A stretch of 63,948 nt of DNA from an uncultured Methanosarcinales archaeon (GCA_964510025.1 CAZDZV010000001.1:1-63948); one strand, 5' to 3'. Positions 9,822-20,564 are shown, counted from the stretch's first letter. Program-made: numbers and translations. The notes: generated by a model not told the origin, from the letters alone.

Positions 9822-10164
9822 CACCATCTGGAGTCAAAGCAACCAGCCTTACGCCAAATCCCATCTTAAGGATGGCAGAAATAAGCGCAGTGTGCTCCTT
9901 GCCGGAGCCAGCAACAATATTGACGGCAACTTCTAGGTCATGAAGCTTTCCGTCCAGCCTTTTTCCTATAAATTCAGATAGTTCACTTATGGTGCTATTC
10001 AGGTCAAGCTTTATGATCTCTGCGCTTTTATTGAATCTAAATGAAGAAATATCCTTTTCTGAGGTGAATATGTAAACGTTGGCCCATTCAATCTCCTCTA
10101 TGACCCTTTTTACATGCTCAAATGCCCCTTTTTGCTTTGACAAGCAGGCTATTAGATCTGTCAT
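9808..10164 (-). CDS. Hypothetical Rossmann-like protein, possibly a stand-alone CARF domain
   Basis: Beta/alpha pattern with VAVNIVAGSGKEHTALISA resembling CARF motif II; the ORF is clear, the fold is inferred. Confidence 0.6.
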   Translation of the reverse strand: MTDLIACLSKQKGAFEHVKRVIEEIEWANVYIFTSEKDISSFRFNKSAEIIKLDLNSTISELSEFIGKRLDGKLHDLEVAVNIVAGSGKEHTALISAILKMGFGVRLVALTPDGVKTI

Positions 10165-10228
10165 AGTAAGATGGATTTAGATAAAGTTTATATAGTTTTT
10201 TGTAGAAATCAGTCTAGAGGTGGTAACC

Positions 10229-10894
10229 ATGAGATTTAATATGTTAGTAGTGCTAGTTGCAATGATTCTGATAGCAGGATGCGGTACAAAACAGGAGATG
10301 CCTGAATATACAGAGCCTGAGCCAATAGCTGAGACAACCACTACCACAGTCCAGCAAATGGAAGAGCCCAAACAAGAACCTGCTATGGCTGATGATATCA
10401 GGGAGCTGCTTGATAAGGGCAAGGCTAAACTAAAAAGCTACAGCTACAGCTACAAGGGGCCTGAGCATAATTTTGACTATGTCATGGATGTAAAGGGCGA
10501 TAAGATAAGGATACAACTGCCTAATCTTGTGTATCTATCTGATAATAGTGCGTATAACACCATCTATCTGGATACGAAAGAAAAAACAGCCAAAGGCTAT
10601 TGTCTGGACTGCAAAAGCTATCAATTGGAAGAAGGCATGATAGCGGACCTGGACTACGATGATGCATATATTGAGACCCCTCTGGAATGGCTTGAAAAGG
10701 TCAACGAGGCCGAGAAATTGGACAGTGTCACAGTAGAAGGAAGGGAATGCGAAAGGCTTCAGACAAATATCGGCAGGATAACTGTTGAAAATTACTACGG
10801 ATTCCTTTATGAGATAAGAGATGGCGAAGACAGATGGGAGTTTACACAAGCTTCCTTCAACTCAGTTGGGGACGCTGATGTGAACCCGGCATAA
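10229..10894 (+). CDS. Putative lipoprotein
   Basis: GAGGTG SD, signal peptide with LIAGC lipobox, Thr/Pro/Glu linker. Confidence 0.75.
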   Translation: MRFNMLVVLVAMILIAGCGTKQEMPEYTEPEPIAETTTTTVQQMEEPKQEPAMADDIRELLDKGKAKLKSYSYSYKGPEHNFDYVMDVKGDKIRIQLPNLVYLSDNSAYNTIYLDTKEKTAKGYCLDCKSYQLEEGMIADLDYDDAYIETPLEWLEKVNEAEKLDSVTVEGRECERLQTNIGRITVENYYGFLYEIRDGEDRWEFTQASFNSVGDADVNPA

Positions 10895-10926
10895 GCTTTA
10901 TATACCTTTTTGCATTAGCTTTTCAT

Positions 10927-11340
10927 ATGCTGAACATATTGGTCTTTCCATTGTTGTTCCTGGTATTCCTAGGTGTAGGTATCGCAGGCTTAATCTTCTG
11001 GATATGGGCAATCGTGGACTGCTTAAAGTCGGACTTAAATGAGCTTGATAAGATAGTATGGACCTTAGTCATAGTAACGTTCAATATCCTGGGCGTGATA
11101 ATATATCTAATCTTTGTGAAAACTAATAAAGAATACAGGGGAATAAGAATGAAAAAAGGCAAAAGGCTATACAGGAGCAATAGGAACAGGATGATCGCTG
11201 GTGTGTGCGGAGGGATTGGGGAGTATTTCGGAACAGATCCCACCTTGATACGTCTTGGATGGATCATACTTACCCTTATGGGGGGTTCTGGACTGATTGC
11301 CTACATAATAGCGTGGATAGTCATACCTGAAAAAAAGTAA
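10927..11340 (+). CDS. PLDc_N + PspC domain membrane protein
   Basis: WIWAIVDCL...KIVW...GVIIYL (PLDc_N) followed by KRLYRSNRNRMIAGVCGGIGEYFG.DPTLIRL (PspC). Confidence 0.85.
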   Translation: MLNILVFPLLFLVFLGVGIAGLIFWIWAIVDCLKSDLNELDKIVWTLVIVTFNILGVIIYLIFVKTNKEYRGIRMKKGKRLYRSNRNRMIAGVCGGIGEYFGTDPTLIRLGWIILTLMGGSGLIAYIIAWIVIPEKK

Positions 11341-11341
11341 G

Positions 11342-11911
11342 ATGTTCATAACTATAGCAGAGGTAATAGACATTTTAGTAATGACATTCGCTATCGGCTT
11401 TATCTTCTCTGACGTCTTCAGAAGGCAGCCTTTGGAAGGATATGATCCCTTAAAATACTTTCAAAAAAGCTCCAATTGGGAGAATATCAAGTTCGCTGCC
11501 ATGATAGCTGCCCCTGCAGTTGTCCTGCATGAGCTTGCCCATAAGTTTGTCGCGATGGGCTTCGGAGCAAATGCGACCCTGCACGCACCCTACAGCCTTT
11601 ATCTTATAGTGATATTGATGAAGCTTTTAAGATTCCCGCTCATATTCTTTGTAGGGGGATATGTCAGCCACAGCGCACTTCCTGCCCTACAGTCATCTTT
11701 GGTGGCTGTGTCTGGGCCGCTCATGAACCTCATAATATGGCTTGCAATATTCTTAATAATAAAATTTGCCTTGGTTGATAAGAAATACTACAGGGTACTG
11801 GAACCAATGGCAAAGATCAACCTTTTCTTATTTGTTTTTAATATGCTGCCAATACCTGGATTTGACGGTTTTCATTTCTTCAGGTCGCTGATCAGTTCTC
11901 TAGGAATATAG
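11342..11911 (+). CDS. M50 site-2 intramembrane metalloprotease
   Basis: HELAH, SGPLMN, FNMLPIPGFDG. Confidence 0.88.
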   Translation: MFITIAEVIDILVMTFAIGFIFSDVFRRQPLEGYDPLKYFQKSSNWENIKFAAMIAAPAVVLHELAHKFVAMGFGANATLHAPYSLYLIVILMKLLRFPLIFFVGGYVSHSALPALQSSLVAVSGPLMNLIIWLAIFLIIKFALVDKKYYRVLEPMAKINLFLFVFNMLPIPGFDGFHFFRSLISSLGI

Positions 11912-12550
11912 GCTAGGATTAGCTGAATCAGCCGGAATAGCCGGCGGCGGCGGAAGGGTCGCTTCAGCAGATATATCTGATTCGGCAGCAAGCATCTCAT
12001 CAGATATCTTATAGGTTTTGGGATTTGGCAAAGCCCTGTCAATCAGTGCGAAGAAACCGTAGAACAAAGGATAGAACAGAATGGATACGCCGATGTAATT
12101 CCAGGAAAGGTCTGCCACACCGTATACTATAGGGGAGAGCACGAGCATGATATAGGACGTCTGCCTAACTCTACCGATACGGCTTATCACCTTTCTTCCC
12201 CTTATCCCCTGGACTATTATAACCAGCCCAAGCATGATCACCAGCGAACATAAGCTAAACTTAAAGAACAGGGGCCATGTCAAAACCCATTCATCGAGAT
12301 TCCTCATGATGAACCTTATCCAGTCGATACCTACCCACAGCATTATGGCGCCATTTGTAACTGCATTGCCGAGCGATGTCCCTCTTTTTTCCTGATAGAA
12401 GTCTGTGAATATCAGGTTTACCCAGATAGGCACTAGGATCCAGAATATCTCAATGTCTTTAAGAGGTATTACGAAGAAGATGGAAAGCCAAGACTTAAAC
12501 AGGCCAAATACAAACAGTATGGCTGTTAAGCTGATTGACAAGATATCCAT
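11900..12550 (-). CDS. Multi-pass membrane hypothetical protein
   Basis: Several hydrophobic segments and a Pro-rich tail; start codon uncertain. Confidence 0.65.
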   Translation of the reverse strand: MDILSISLTAILFVFGLFKSWLSIFFVIPLKDIEIFWILVPIWVNLIFTDFYQEKRGTSLGNAVTNGAIMLWVGIDWIRFIMRNLDEWVLTWPLFFKFSLCSLVIMLGLVIIVQGIRGRKVISRIGRVRQTSYIMLVLSPIVYGVADLSWNYIGVSILFYPLFYGFFALIDRALPNPKTYKISDEMLAAESDISAEATLPPPPAIPADSANPSLYS

Positions 12551-12626
12551 ATATACAAAAGCACTCAATTAATATTTAATTCTTTCCATAACCTTTAAAA
12601 ATAGACTTTTATTTCTCTGGATAAAA

Positions 12627-13526
12627 ATGCGGCAAGTTGTCAGTAAGCTGAAGGATGCCTATGATAGGCACTACAAAAAGTTACTGTTATTGCCTATTTT
12701 CCTTCTGGTAATGTCGATCTCACTTATCTCGCTTAAGGTAGCCAGAACAGGAGATTTCATAAACAAGGATGTGTCCCTTAAGGGCGGCGTTACAGTTACC
12801 ATAACAGAGCGCGCCATCGATGTGCAGAATTTGGAACAGGGGCTGCTGGATGACTTTCCCGGCAAGGATATAGATGTCAGGACAATAAAACAAGCGGCAG
12901 TCCAGACAGGTGTAGTAGTCACATCTGATATAGACGGAACAGATAATGAAGAGCTTGAGGCATTCTTGGCCTCTATTGAAAAACAAACAGGCTTAACACT
13001 TGAGGGAGACAATTACAGCGTTGAAGTGATAGGCTCCTCTTTGGGTGAAAGCTTCTTCAGAGAGGTTTTCAGGGCTCTTGTTATAGCTTTTATCTTTATG
13101 GGGATAGTTGTCTTAATCTACTTCCGCGTGCTTGTCCCTGCGCTTGCGGTCATAATGGCTGCATTATCAGACATATTGGTTACTCTGTCCATAGTCAACC
13201 TGCTTGGGATAAGGCTGAATACAGCCGGAATAGCGGCATTTCTTATGCTTATCGGCTATTCAGTAGATACCAACATACTGCTGTCAACTAAGGTGCTTAA
13301 AAGAAGGGAAGGGAGAACAGTTGCCAAGACAATAACCGACACTATGAAAACAGGACTGATGATGACATTTACAACGATGGCAGCCATAATCATCGCACTG
13401 CTATTTACCCAGTCGGATGTTATCGGACAGATCATGACAATCCTTCTTGTCGGACTGATAGTTGATATCATCAATACATGGATAGGAAACAGCGGCCTGC
13501 TTAGGATATATCTTAAGAAAAAATGA
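12627..13526 (+). CDS. secF: Protein translocase subunit SecF
   Basis: SLKGG and IAAFLMLIGYSVDTNILL motifs; adjacent to secD. Confidence 0.92.
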   Translation: MRQVVSKLKDAYDRHYKKLLLLPIFLLVMSISLISLKVARTGDFINKDVSLKGGVTVTITERAIDVQNLEQGLLDDFPGKDIDVRTIKQAAVQTGVVVTSDIDGTDNEELEAFLASIEKQTGLTLEGDNYSVEVIGSSLGESFFREVFRALVIAFIFMGIVVLIYFRVLVPALAVIMAALSDILVTLSIVNLLGIRLNTAGIAAFLMLIGYSVDTNILLSTKVLKRREGRTVAKTITDTMKTGLMMTFTTMAAIIIALLFTQSDVIGQIMTILLVGLIVDIINTWIGNSGLLRIYLKKK

Positions 13527-15232
13527 ACAAGAAAATAAAGAAAATACTCACAAATACAAGAACAGTAATACTTATTATTTTTCTAGTGCTGGCAATATGG
13601 TCTATCATGCCAATGCCCTGGAACAGCGGGGTCACCATTAGGAATGTGATCTCAAATTCCACTGCAAACATAGCGGGCATAGAGAGACCTAAACCCACTG
13701 CCCAACCTACAGCCAGGGAAAGGATAATATCAATAAACAACAAGCCTGTTAATGATCTTTCTGATTATTATGAGTACATATCCCAGCTGGAAGCAAACCG
13801 GACTGTCCAGATAACAACTAGCAAAGGCAATTATATGCTCAGAACCCGGGAAAGGGTCGAAGTTGAGGAACTGAACGAGACAGTCACCAAAACTGTGACA
13901 GAGCCTGTATTTGATGAAGAGCTCAATAGGACAGTAAACCAAACAAGGACCATAGAGGTGCCAAAGGTACAGATAAACAATACAGGTGAGCTTGAGGATA
14001 TCGGTTTAAGAGTGTATGCTGCTCCGAAGACAAACATCAGGAAAGGACTGGACCTACAGGGAGGCACCAGAATACTTCTGCAGCCTAGCGAAACACTCTC
14101 CAAGCAGGATATGGAATCTTTGCTGGACAACATGAAAGAGAGGCTGAACGTGTATGGCCTGTCAGACCTTATAATCAGGCAGGCTGGCGACCTTTCGGGG
14201 AACCAATATATCCTGGTGGAGATAGCTGGAGCGACTGAGGATGAAGTAAGAGAATTATTGGCAAAACAGGGCAAGTTTGAGGCTAAGGTTGGCAACAGAA
14301 CTGTATTTGTAGGTGGAACAGACATAACATATGTATGCAGGTCTGCTGACTGTGCAGGCATAGACCCTATGCAGGGCTGCGGCAAATCAGGTGAGCAATG
14401 GGTTTGCAGATTCAGATTTTCGATATCGTTGAGCCAGAATGCAGCCCAAAAGGTAGCAGATGCAACGAAAGATCTTGAGATTGTAAGTGAAGAAGGGCAA
14501 CAGTATCTGAGCGAAAAGCTAAAGCTTTACCTGGATGACAACCTAGTTGATGAACTGAACATACATGCTGACCTAAAGGGAAAAGCTTCTACCGATATAC
14601 AAATATCAGGCGCCGGCCTCGGGCAAAGTGAACAGGAAGCAGCTTTGAACTCGCTTAACAACATGAAGCGGCTTCAGACAATCCTTCAAACAGGCTCATT
14701 GCCTGTTAAGCTAGATATTGTCAAGATCGACAGCATATCCCCTGTTCTTGGAGAAGAATTTGTCAGAAATGCCGTTATGATGGGGCTTATAGCGATGCTG
14801 GTTGTTACCGGCGTTATATTCCTAAGATACAGGAAGATACAAATAGTCCTGCCCATATTGCTGACTCTCTCCTCTGAGGTTATAATACTGCTGGGTTTTG
14901 CCTCTTTGGTCAGGTGGAACCTGGATCTTGCCGCTATTGCAGGCATAATAATCGCAGTGGGTACAGGCGTAGATCATCTAATCGTGATATCTGACGAGAC
15001 ATTAAGCAAGGAATCCAGGGAGATATATAACTGGAAAAGAAGGATTAAGAATGCATTTTCGATCATTATGGCCGCTTTTTTGACAACTGCAGCTGCCATG
15101 GTGCCGTTACTTTTTGCAGGGGCAGGGCTAATAAAAGGATTTGCACTTGTGACATTGACAGGAATGCTTATAGGGGTATTCATAGCCAGGCCAGCTTATG
15201 CTTCTATGATTGAGATCTTCTTAAATGACTAA
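13523..15232 (+). CDS. secD: Protein translocase subunit SecD
   Basis: KGLDLQGG, GSLPV, LAAIAGIIIAVGTGVD. Confidence 0.92.
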   Translation: MNKKIKKILTNTRTVILIIFLVLAIWSIMPMPWNSGVTIRNVISNSTANIAGIERPKPTAQPTARERIISINNKPVNDLSDYYEYISQLEANRTVQITTSKGNYMLRTRERVEVEELNETVTKTVTEPVFDEELNRTVNQTRTIEVPKVQINNTGELEDIGLRVYAAPKTNIRKGLDLQGGTRILLQPSETLSKQDMESLLDNMKERLNVYGLSDLIIRQAGDLSGNQYILVEIAGATEDEVRELLAKQGKFEAKVGNRTVFVGGTDITYVCRSADCAGIDPMQGCGKSGEQWVCRFRFSISLSQNAAQKVADATKDLEIVSEEGQQYLSEKLKLYLDDNLVDELNIHADLKGKASTDIQISGAGLGQSEQEAALNSLNNMKRLQTILQTGSLPVKLDIVKIDSISPVLGEEFVRNAVMMGLIAMLVVTGVIFLRYRKIQIVLPILLTLSSEVIILLGFASLVRWNLDLAAIAGIIIAVGTGVDHLIVISDETLSKESREIYNWKRRIKNAFSIIMAAFLTTAAAMVPLLFAGAGLIKGFALVTLTGMLIGVFIARPAYASMIEIFLND

Positions 15233-15895
15233 ATGAAAAAGATAATAATTTCGCTTGGCGGCTCTTTGATACATCCCAAGAACCTAGACATACCTTTTCT
15301 TAAGGGCTTCAGAGATGTCTTATCCGGGCATAGCTGCAAATTTGTAATCTATTGCGGCGGCGGCGCCTTAGCAAGAAGAAGGCAAAGATGGGGCAGCAGA
15401 TTTCTTCTGAACCATCACATACTAGACTGGCTGGGGATAATGGCCACTAGGAAGAATGCCAAGACGGTACAGGAAATTTTGGGCCCAAAGGCACAGAAGA
15501 GCATAGTCACAAATCCTACAAAAAAAGTACAGTTCAAAAAAAAGTACCTGGTAGCTGCTGGATGGAAGCCTGGATGGAGCACGGATTTTGGGGCTGTCCT
15601 AATGGCTGAAAACCTTGGCATCAAATCCCTTATCAATATGTCAAACATCAAATATGTCTATGACAAAGATCCCAAGCAGCATGGAAGCGCCAAAAAACTT
15701 ACTAAACTCAGGTGGAAAAGGTTCAGGGAGATTGTCGGCCATAAATGGAGACCGGGACTAAATATGCCCTTTGACCCCATCGCTTCAAGGAAAGCTCAAG
15801 AGATTGGACTGAAGGTAATCATAATTGGCAGGAGCCTGGATAACCTGGATAATGTGATAAAAGGAAAAAGGTTTGAAGGTACGGTAATATCCTAG
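15233..15895 (+). CDS. pyrH: Archaeal-type UMP kinase
   Basis: ISLGGS, GGGALAR, PGWSTD, VYDKDP, PFDPIA. Confidence 0.88.
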   Translation: MKKIIISLGGSLIHPKNLDIPFLKGFRDVLSGHSCKFVIYCGGGALARRRQRWGSRFLLNHHILDWLGIMATRKNAKTVQEILGPKAQKSIVTNPTKKVQFKKKYLVAAGWKPGWSTDFGAVLMAENLGIKSLINMSNIKYVYDKDPKQHGSAKKLTKLRWKRFREIVGHKWRPGLNMPFDPIASRKAQEIGLKVIIIGRSLDNLDNVIKGKRFEGTVIS

Positions 15896-15907
15896 CTGTC
15901 TTCTATC

Positions 15908-17560
15908 CTAGATATTTTCTCTAATTATAGATATCAGAAGCACAAATCCCAGCACTACAGCTGTTAAGAACGCAAGAAAAGATATCCATGACATATTGAG
16001 GATTTTGGGTTCTATGCTCACGGTCAGAGCACCTCCAATAATCAGCGCCGCTATTACAACGCTGTATGCTATCCTGTTGCTGGACCTGTCTATCTCAACT
16101 GACAGCTTCTTTATGTCGCTATCATGCATGTCTATGCTAAACTTGCCTTCCTGTATCTTCTTCAGTGCCTTTTTGGTCTCTCCTGGAATTTCCTGAAAAA
16201 AACCCACTAAATTCAGCAGGGTTCTTTTAATTTCTTTCCGCATGCCTGAGATATTGGTTCTGTTTTTTATTAATTTTTCTATAAAGGGCTCGGCTTTTTC
16301 GATAAATTTCAAATCTGGTGCATACTCAATAGCTATGCCTTCCAGCTCCACTATGGTCTTGCCGAAAAGGACAAAATTACGAGGTATCCTGACATGATGC
16401 TTCAAAGCGATGCTCAATACCTTCTCCAGAACAAGACTGATCCGGGCATCCTTTATCGAACCCCTTTTCATAGGCTCTATAGCCTGCTTTATGTCCTCCC
16501 TCAGGCTTTGCTGATCCAGCTGCTTGTCAAACATCCCCATTTCCAAGAATGTTTCAATGATAGAATCAACATCCTGCTCGACTATGCCATAAAATAGCCT
16601 GATTGACTTCTCCCTTAAAGAATCATCAAAATAACCCACAATTCCAAAATCAACCAAAGCCAGTACATTGTTCTTCATCACCAAGATGTTGCTGGGATGA
16701 GGATCTGCATGAAAAAAGCCGTGAATAAAAACTTGGGTCAGAATCATATCAAATCCATTCTTCATAATCTCATCCATATCATACCCCTTTTTCCCTTTGA
16801 TCAGATCCAGCCTGTGAAGCTCTACACCATCTATGTACTCAAAGACAACCATGCGTTTGCCTGAATAATCACCATACACCTTCGGAACCTTCACAGTCCG
16901 GGCGCCTTTAAAGTTACTATAAAATCTTCTGGCGTTATTTGCTTCATTTAAGAAATCAAGCTCCTTGGCAGTCCATTGCCTGAATTCCTCAATCAATCCG
17001 GTCGGCTTATATTTCCTTATCCTCTCTGAATGCTTTTCAAGCTTCTTCGCCAGGAATCCCATTATCTCGATATCCTGCTGCATCAGGTCCTTGACTCCGG
17101 GCCTTTGCACCTTAACTGCTACCAGTGTCCCGTCTTTTAGTCTTGCCTTATGGACCTGAGAGATAGAGGCAGATGCTATCGGCTTACGGCTGAAAGAAGA
17201 AAACACCTTGTCAAGCGGCCTTGAGAGCTCCTCTTCAACTGTCCTTCTGGCTTCTTCAAAGGGAAATGGCTTGACAGAATCCTGAAGCTTCCCCAGCTCT
17301 TTTGCATATGCCTTTGGTATAAGGTCTGGCCTGAGACTTAATATCTGGCCCAGCTTGACAAAGGTAGGACCAAGCTTCTCAAGCGTTTTCCTAAGCCTTA
17401 CTTCAGGAGGCAAAGTGGTCTTTCTTGGATGCTTCAGGGTAAGAAAATGCATGACGCTGACTTTTTCAACAAAAAAACCAAAACCCTGTTCAATGAAGAC
17501 ATCCAAGATATGCCTAATCCGGGATAGGTCTCGCATATTTTTCCTCAGACTGTCAAACAT
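15908..17560 (-). CDS. ABC1/UbiB/AarF family atypical kinase
   Basis: LGPTFVKLGQ, IASASISQVH, VAVKVQRP, FFHADPHPSN, DFG. Confidence 0.92.
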   Translation of the reverse strand: MFDSLRKNMRDLSRIRHILDVFIEQGFGFFVEKVSVMHFLTLKHPRKTTLPPEVRLRKTLEKLGPTFVKLGQILSLRPDLIPKAYAKELGKLQDSVKPFPFEEARRTVEEELSRPLDKVFSSFSRKPIASASISQVHKARLKDGTLVAVKVQRPGVKDLMQQDIEIMGFLAKKLEKHSERIRKYKPTGLIEEFRQWTAKELDFLNEANNARRFYSNFKGARTVKVPKVYGDYSGKRMVVFEYIDGVELHRLDLIKGKKGYDMDEIMKNGFDMILTQVFIHGFFHADPHPSNILVMKNNVLALVDFGIVGYFDDSLREKSIRLFYGIVEQDVDSIIETFLEMGMFDKQLDQQSLREDIKQAIEPMKRGSIKDARISLVLEKVLSIALKHHVRIPRNFVLFGKTIVELEGIAIEYAPDLKFIEKAEPFIEKLIKNRTNISGMRKEIKRTLLNLVGFFQEIPGETKKALKKIQEGKFSIDMHDSDIKKLSVEIDRSSNRIAYSVVIAALIIGGALTVSIEPKILNMSWISFLAFLTAVVLGFVLLISIIRENI

Positions 17561-17641
17561 TTGAACATGGCTTAAACTGCTAGTTTATATATATTTTCAT
17601 TAAGCAAAATCTTTTTATATTAGCGGTAGTTTGCTTGAGCT

Positions 17642-18205
17642 ATGAAGGAAGTATTTGAGATAAGGATTCATGGCAGAGGGGGGCAGGGTGCGAAAACAGC
17701 CTCACAATTTATAGCTGAAGCTGGCCTGGGTGAAGGGAAAAAGATCCAGGCATTTCCTGAGTATGGCCCGGAAAGAGCAGGCGCTCCAGTTAAGGCATAT
17801 ACGCGGATATCAGACAAGCCGATAACTACCTACGCCCCAATAACCTGTCCGGATCTTGTCATGGTCATCGATCCTACCCTGATGCAGACAATCAATGTCA
17901 CTGAGGGTCTAACCGAAGAAGGGATATTGCTTGTGAATACGCCTAAAAATCCTGAGGAGATCCGAAACGAAACAGGCTTCAAGGGCAAGATATATACTGT
18001 TGATGCAACAAAGATAAGCATAGATACTGTAGGAAAGAACCTTCCTAACACCCCAATGCTTGGGGCATTTGTCAAGGTCAGTGGAAAAATACCGTTATCT
18101 GCTGTAGAAGAGAGTATCAACAAAAAATTTCTTAAGAAATTAGGTAAGGAAAAAACAAAAGCCACAATAGAGGGCGTCAAGATTGCATATGATGATATAA
18201 AATGA
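17642..18205 (+). CDS. porC: Pyruvate:ferredoxin oxidoreductase gamma subunit
   Basis: EIRIHGRGGQGAKT, FPEYGPERAGAPV. Confidence 0.92.
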   Translation: MKEVFEIRIHGRGGQGAKTASQFIAEAGLGEGKKIQAFPEYGPERAGAPVKAYTRISDKPITTYAPITCPDLVMVIDPTLMQTINVTEGLTEEGILLVNTPKNPEEIRNETGFKGKIYTVDATKISIDTVGKNLPNTPMLGAFVKVSGKIPLSAVEESINKKFLKKLGKEKTKATIEGVKIAYDDIK

Positions 18206-18486
18206 AGAGCAACAAGGAGATCCCAATAGGCGGCCTCATAGATGAAGCAGGAAGCAGCCGCAAATTCAAAACAGGTGACTGGCGCAGTTTCAGGCCTATC
18301 ATCGATGACAAAAAGTGCATAAACTGCCTCATGTGCGTCAGTTTCTGCCCAGAAGACTGCATTGATTCTGATAAGGAAGCCAGGGGCAAGATAAATCTAG
18401 ACTATTGCAAGGGATGCGGCATTTGTGCGAATATATGCCCTGTTAAATGTATCAAGATGGAACCAGAATCAAAATTCACAAAATGA
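18202..18486 (+). CDS. porD: Pyruvate:ferredoxin oxidoreductase delta subunit
   Basis: KTGDWRSFRP, two CxxCxxCxxxCP ferredoxin motifs, YCKGCGICA. Confidence 0.92.
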   Translation: MKSNKEIPIGGLIDEAGSSRKFKTGDWRSFRPIIDDKKCINCLMCVSFCPEDCIDSDKEARGKINLDYCKGCGICANICPVKCIKMEPESKFTK

Positions 18487-19640
18487 AAGAAACCAAAGCT
18501 ATTACAGGAACATCGGCTGCTGCGGAAGCGATGAAGCAGATAAATCCGGATGTTGTACCTGCTTATCCTATCACTCCTCAGACCGCAATAATGCAGACTT
18601 TTGCGACTTTTGTCGCAAACGGCCAGGTAGGAACTGAACTGGTCAGGGTCGAATCTGAGCATTCTGCCATGTCATGCTCAGTTGGAGCATCAGCTGCAGG
18701 AGCCAGGGTTATGACAGCAACTGCCTCTGCCGGGCTAGCATTAATGTGGGAAATTGTAGGTGTAGCCTCGGGCCTGAGGCTTCCTATTGTCATGGAAGTT
18801 GTGAACAGGGCGTTATCTGCTCCGATTAATATTCATTGTGACCATAGTGATGCCATGGGCGCCAGAGATCTGGGATGGATCCAGATTTATTCAGAAAATG
18901 CACAGGAAGTATATGAAAATACGCTGCTTGCTATGAGGCTTGCTGAAAAAGTAATGCTTCCTGCCATGGTATGCCAGGATGGATTCATCACATCGCACGG
19001 CGTGGAAAATGTTGAGATACAGGACCAGGAGGAAGTGAGCAAGTTCATAGGGGAACATGACTATCCTTATTCACTGCTTAATGTTAATAAGCCTGTCACC
19101 CATGGTCCGCTACAGCTTCAGGATTATTATTTCGAGACCAGGAGCCAGCAGATACCGGCTATGGAAGAAGCAAAGAAAGAATACTTAAGGATCGGAGAAG
19201 AGCTATCCAAAATAACAGGAAGAAAATATGCTTATTTTGATGAGTATGAGATGAAGGATGCAGAAGCAGCTGTCATAACAATGAGCTCTACTGCCGGGAC
19301 CACAAAAACCGCCATTGATGAGATGAGAAAGGAAGGTAAAAAGGTCGGACTTCTGAAACTAAGGATGTTCAGACCTTTTCCCTATAAAGAGGTCGCTGAT
19401 GCGCTCAAAAATGTCAAAAGAGTAGCTGTGCTTGACAGGTCAGTCTCGTTCGGCGCCAATCCGCCCCTGTACAGTGAGGTAAAAAACGCACTGTATGATC
19501 TAAGATATGATGGAAAACTGCACAGCTGCGTCTTTGGTCTAGGGGGGAGAAATATCTTTGCGGATGACGTAAAAAACACATTCAATAAACTTCTGGAGGG
19601 AACATTGCCAGAACATTCAACTATAGGTCTTAGAGAATGA
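18483..19640 (+). CDS. porA: Pyruvate:ferredoxin oxidoreductase alpha subunit
   Basis: AYPITPQT, VESEHSAMS, NRALSAPINIHCDHSD; ATGA overlap with porD. Confidence 0.93.
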   Translation: MKETKAITGTSAAAEAMKQINPDVVPAYPITPQTAIMQTFATFVANGQVGTELVRVESEHSAMSCSVGASAAGARVMTATASAGLALMWEIVGVASGLRLPIVMEVVNRALSAPINIHCDHSDAMGARDLGWIQIYSENAQEVYENTLLAMRLAEKVMLPAMVCQDGFITSHGVENVEIQDQEEVSKFIGEHDYPYSLLNVNKPVTHGPLQLQDYYFETRSQQIPAMEEAKKEYLRIGEELSKITGRKYAYFDEYEMKDAEAAVITMSSTAGTTKTAIDEMRKEGKKVGLLKLRMFRPFPYKEVADALKNVKRVAVLDRSVSFGANPPLYSEVKNALYDLRYDGKLHSCVFGLGGRNIFADDVKNTFNKLLEGTLPEHSTIGLRE

Positions 19641-20560
19641 ACTACAAACAATTAGCTCAAAAGTTAAAAACCAGAAAGCTTGAATCAGGCCACAGGAGCT
19701 GTTCTGGATGCGGCTTCCCCTCAATAGTCAGGGCTATCCTGGCTTCTACTGACAAACCTGTTGTAGCATCATGCGCAACAGGGTGCCTGGAAGTAACTAG
19801 CACCATATATCCATTCAGCTCCTGGAATATCCCATTTATCCATTCTGCTTTTGAAAATTCGGCTGCCACCATAACCGGCGCTGAAGCAGCATACAAAGCC
19901 TTGAAAAGAAAAGGTAAAATAAAGGAAGACATCCAGTTTGTAGCTTTTGGCGGGGACGGAGGGACATACGATATAGGCTTTCAAAGCCTTTCCGGAGCTC
20001 TTGAAAGGGGCCATGACTTTCTTTATGTATGCTATGACAACAATGCCTATATGAATACAGGCATCCAGAGAAGCAGCGCCACACCATATGGGGCATCAAC
20101 AACAACAGCGCCTGCGGGCAAGGTGCTTCAAGGAAAAGAAGAGTTTAGAAAAGACCTGGCTAAGGTTTGTGCAGCCCATAACATACCTTATGTTGCCCAG
20201 GCTTCTGTATCTAATCTTATTGACCTTACAAACAAAGCAGAAAAAGCTTTCAGCATTAAGGGCCCGAAGGTGATGATAGTCCTGCAGCCATGCACCCTTG
20301 GGTGGAGATATCCTTCTGACAAGACCATAGAGGTGGCTAAGCTTGCGGTAGAAACAAAGTTCTGGCCACTATATGAAGTAGAAAACGGGAAGTATAAACT
20401 GACCTATCGGCCGAGCAAGGATGTTCCTGTTACCGAATACCTTAAACTCCAGGGAAGGTTTAAACACCTCTTTAAGCCTGAAAATAAGGAGATCCTAGAT
20501 AAGATACAGAATCATGTTAATTCTGAATGGGAAAAGTTGCTGAAGCTTTGCGAAAATTAA
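19637..20560 (+). CDS. porB: Pyruvate:ferredoxin oxidoreductase beta subunit
   Basis: GHRSCSGCG, GGDGGTYDIG, YDNNAYMNTGIQRS. Confidence 0.93.
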   Translation: MNYKQLAQKLKTRKLESGHRSCSGCGFPSIVRAILASTDKPVVASCATGCLEVTSTIYPFSSWNIPFIHSAFENSAATITGAEAAYKALKRKGKIKEDIQFVAFGGDGGTYDIGFQSLSGALERGHDFLYVCYDNNAYMNTGIQRSSATPYGASTTTAPAGKVLQGKEEFRKDLAKVCAAHNIPYVAQASVSNLIDLTNKAEKAFSIKGPKVMIVLQPCTLGWRYPSDKTIEVAKLAVETKFWPLYEVENGKYKLTYRPSKDVPVTEYLKLQGRFKHLFKPENKEILDKIQNHVNSEWEKLLKLCEN

Positions 20561-20564
20561 TATT

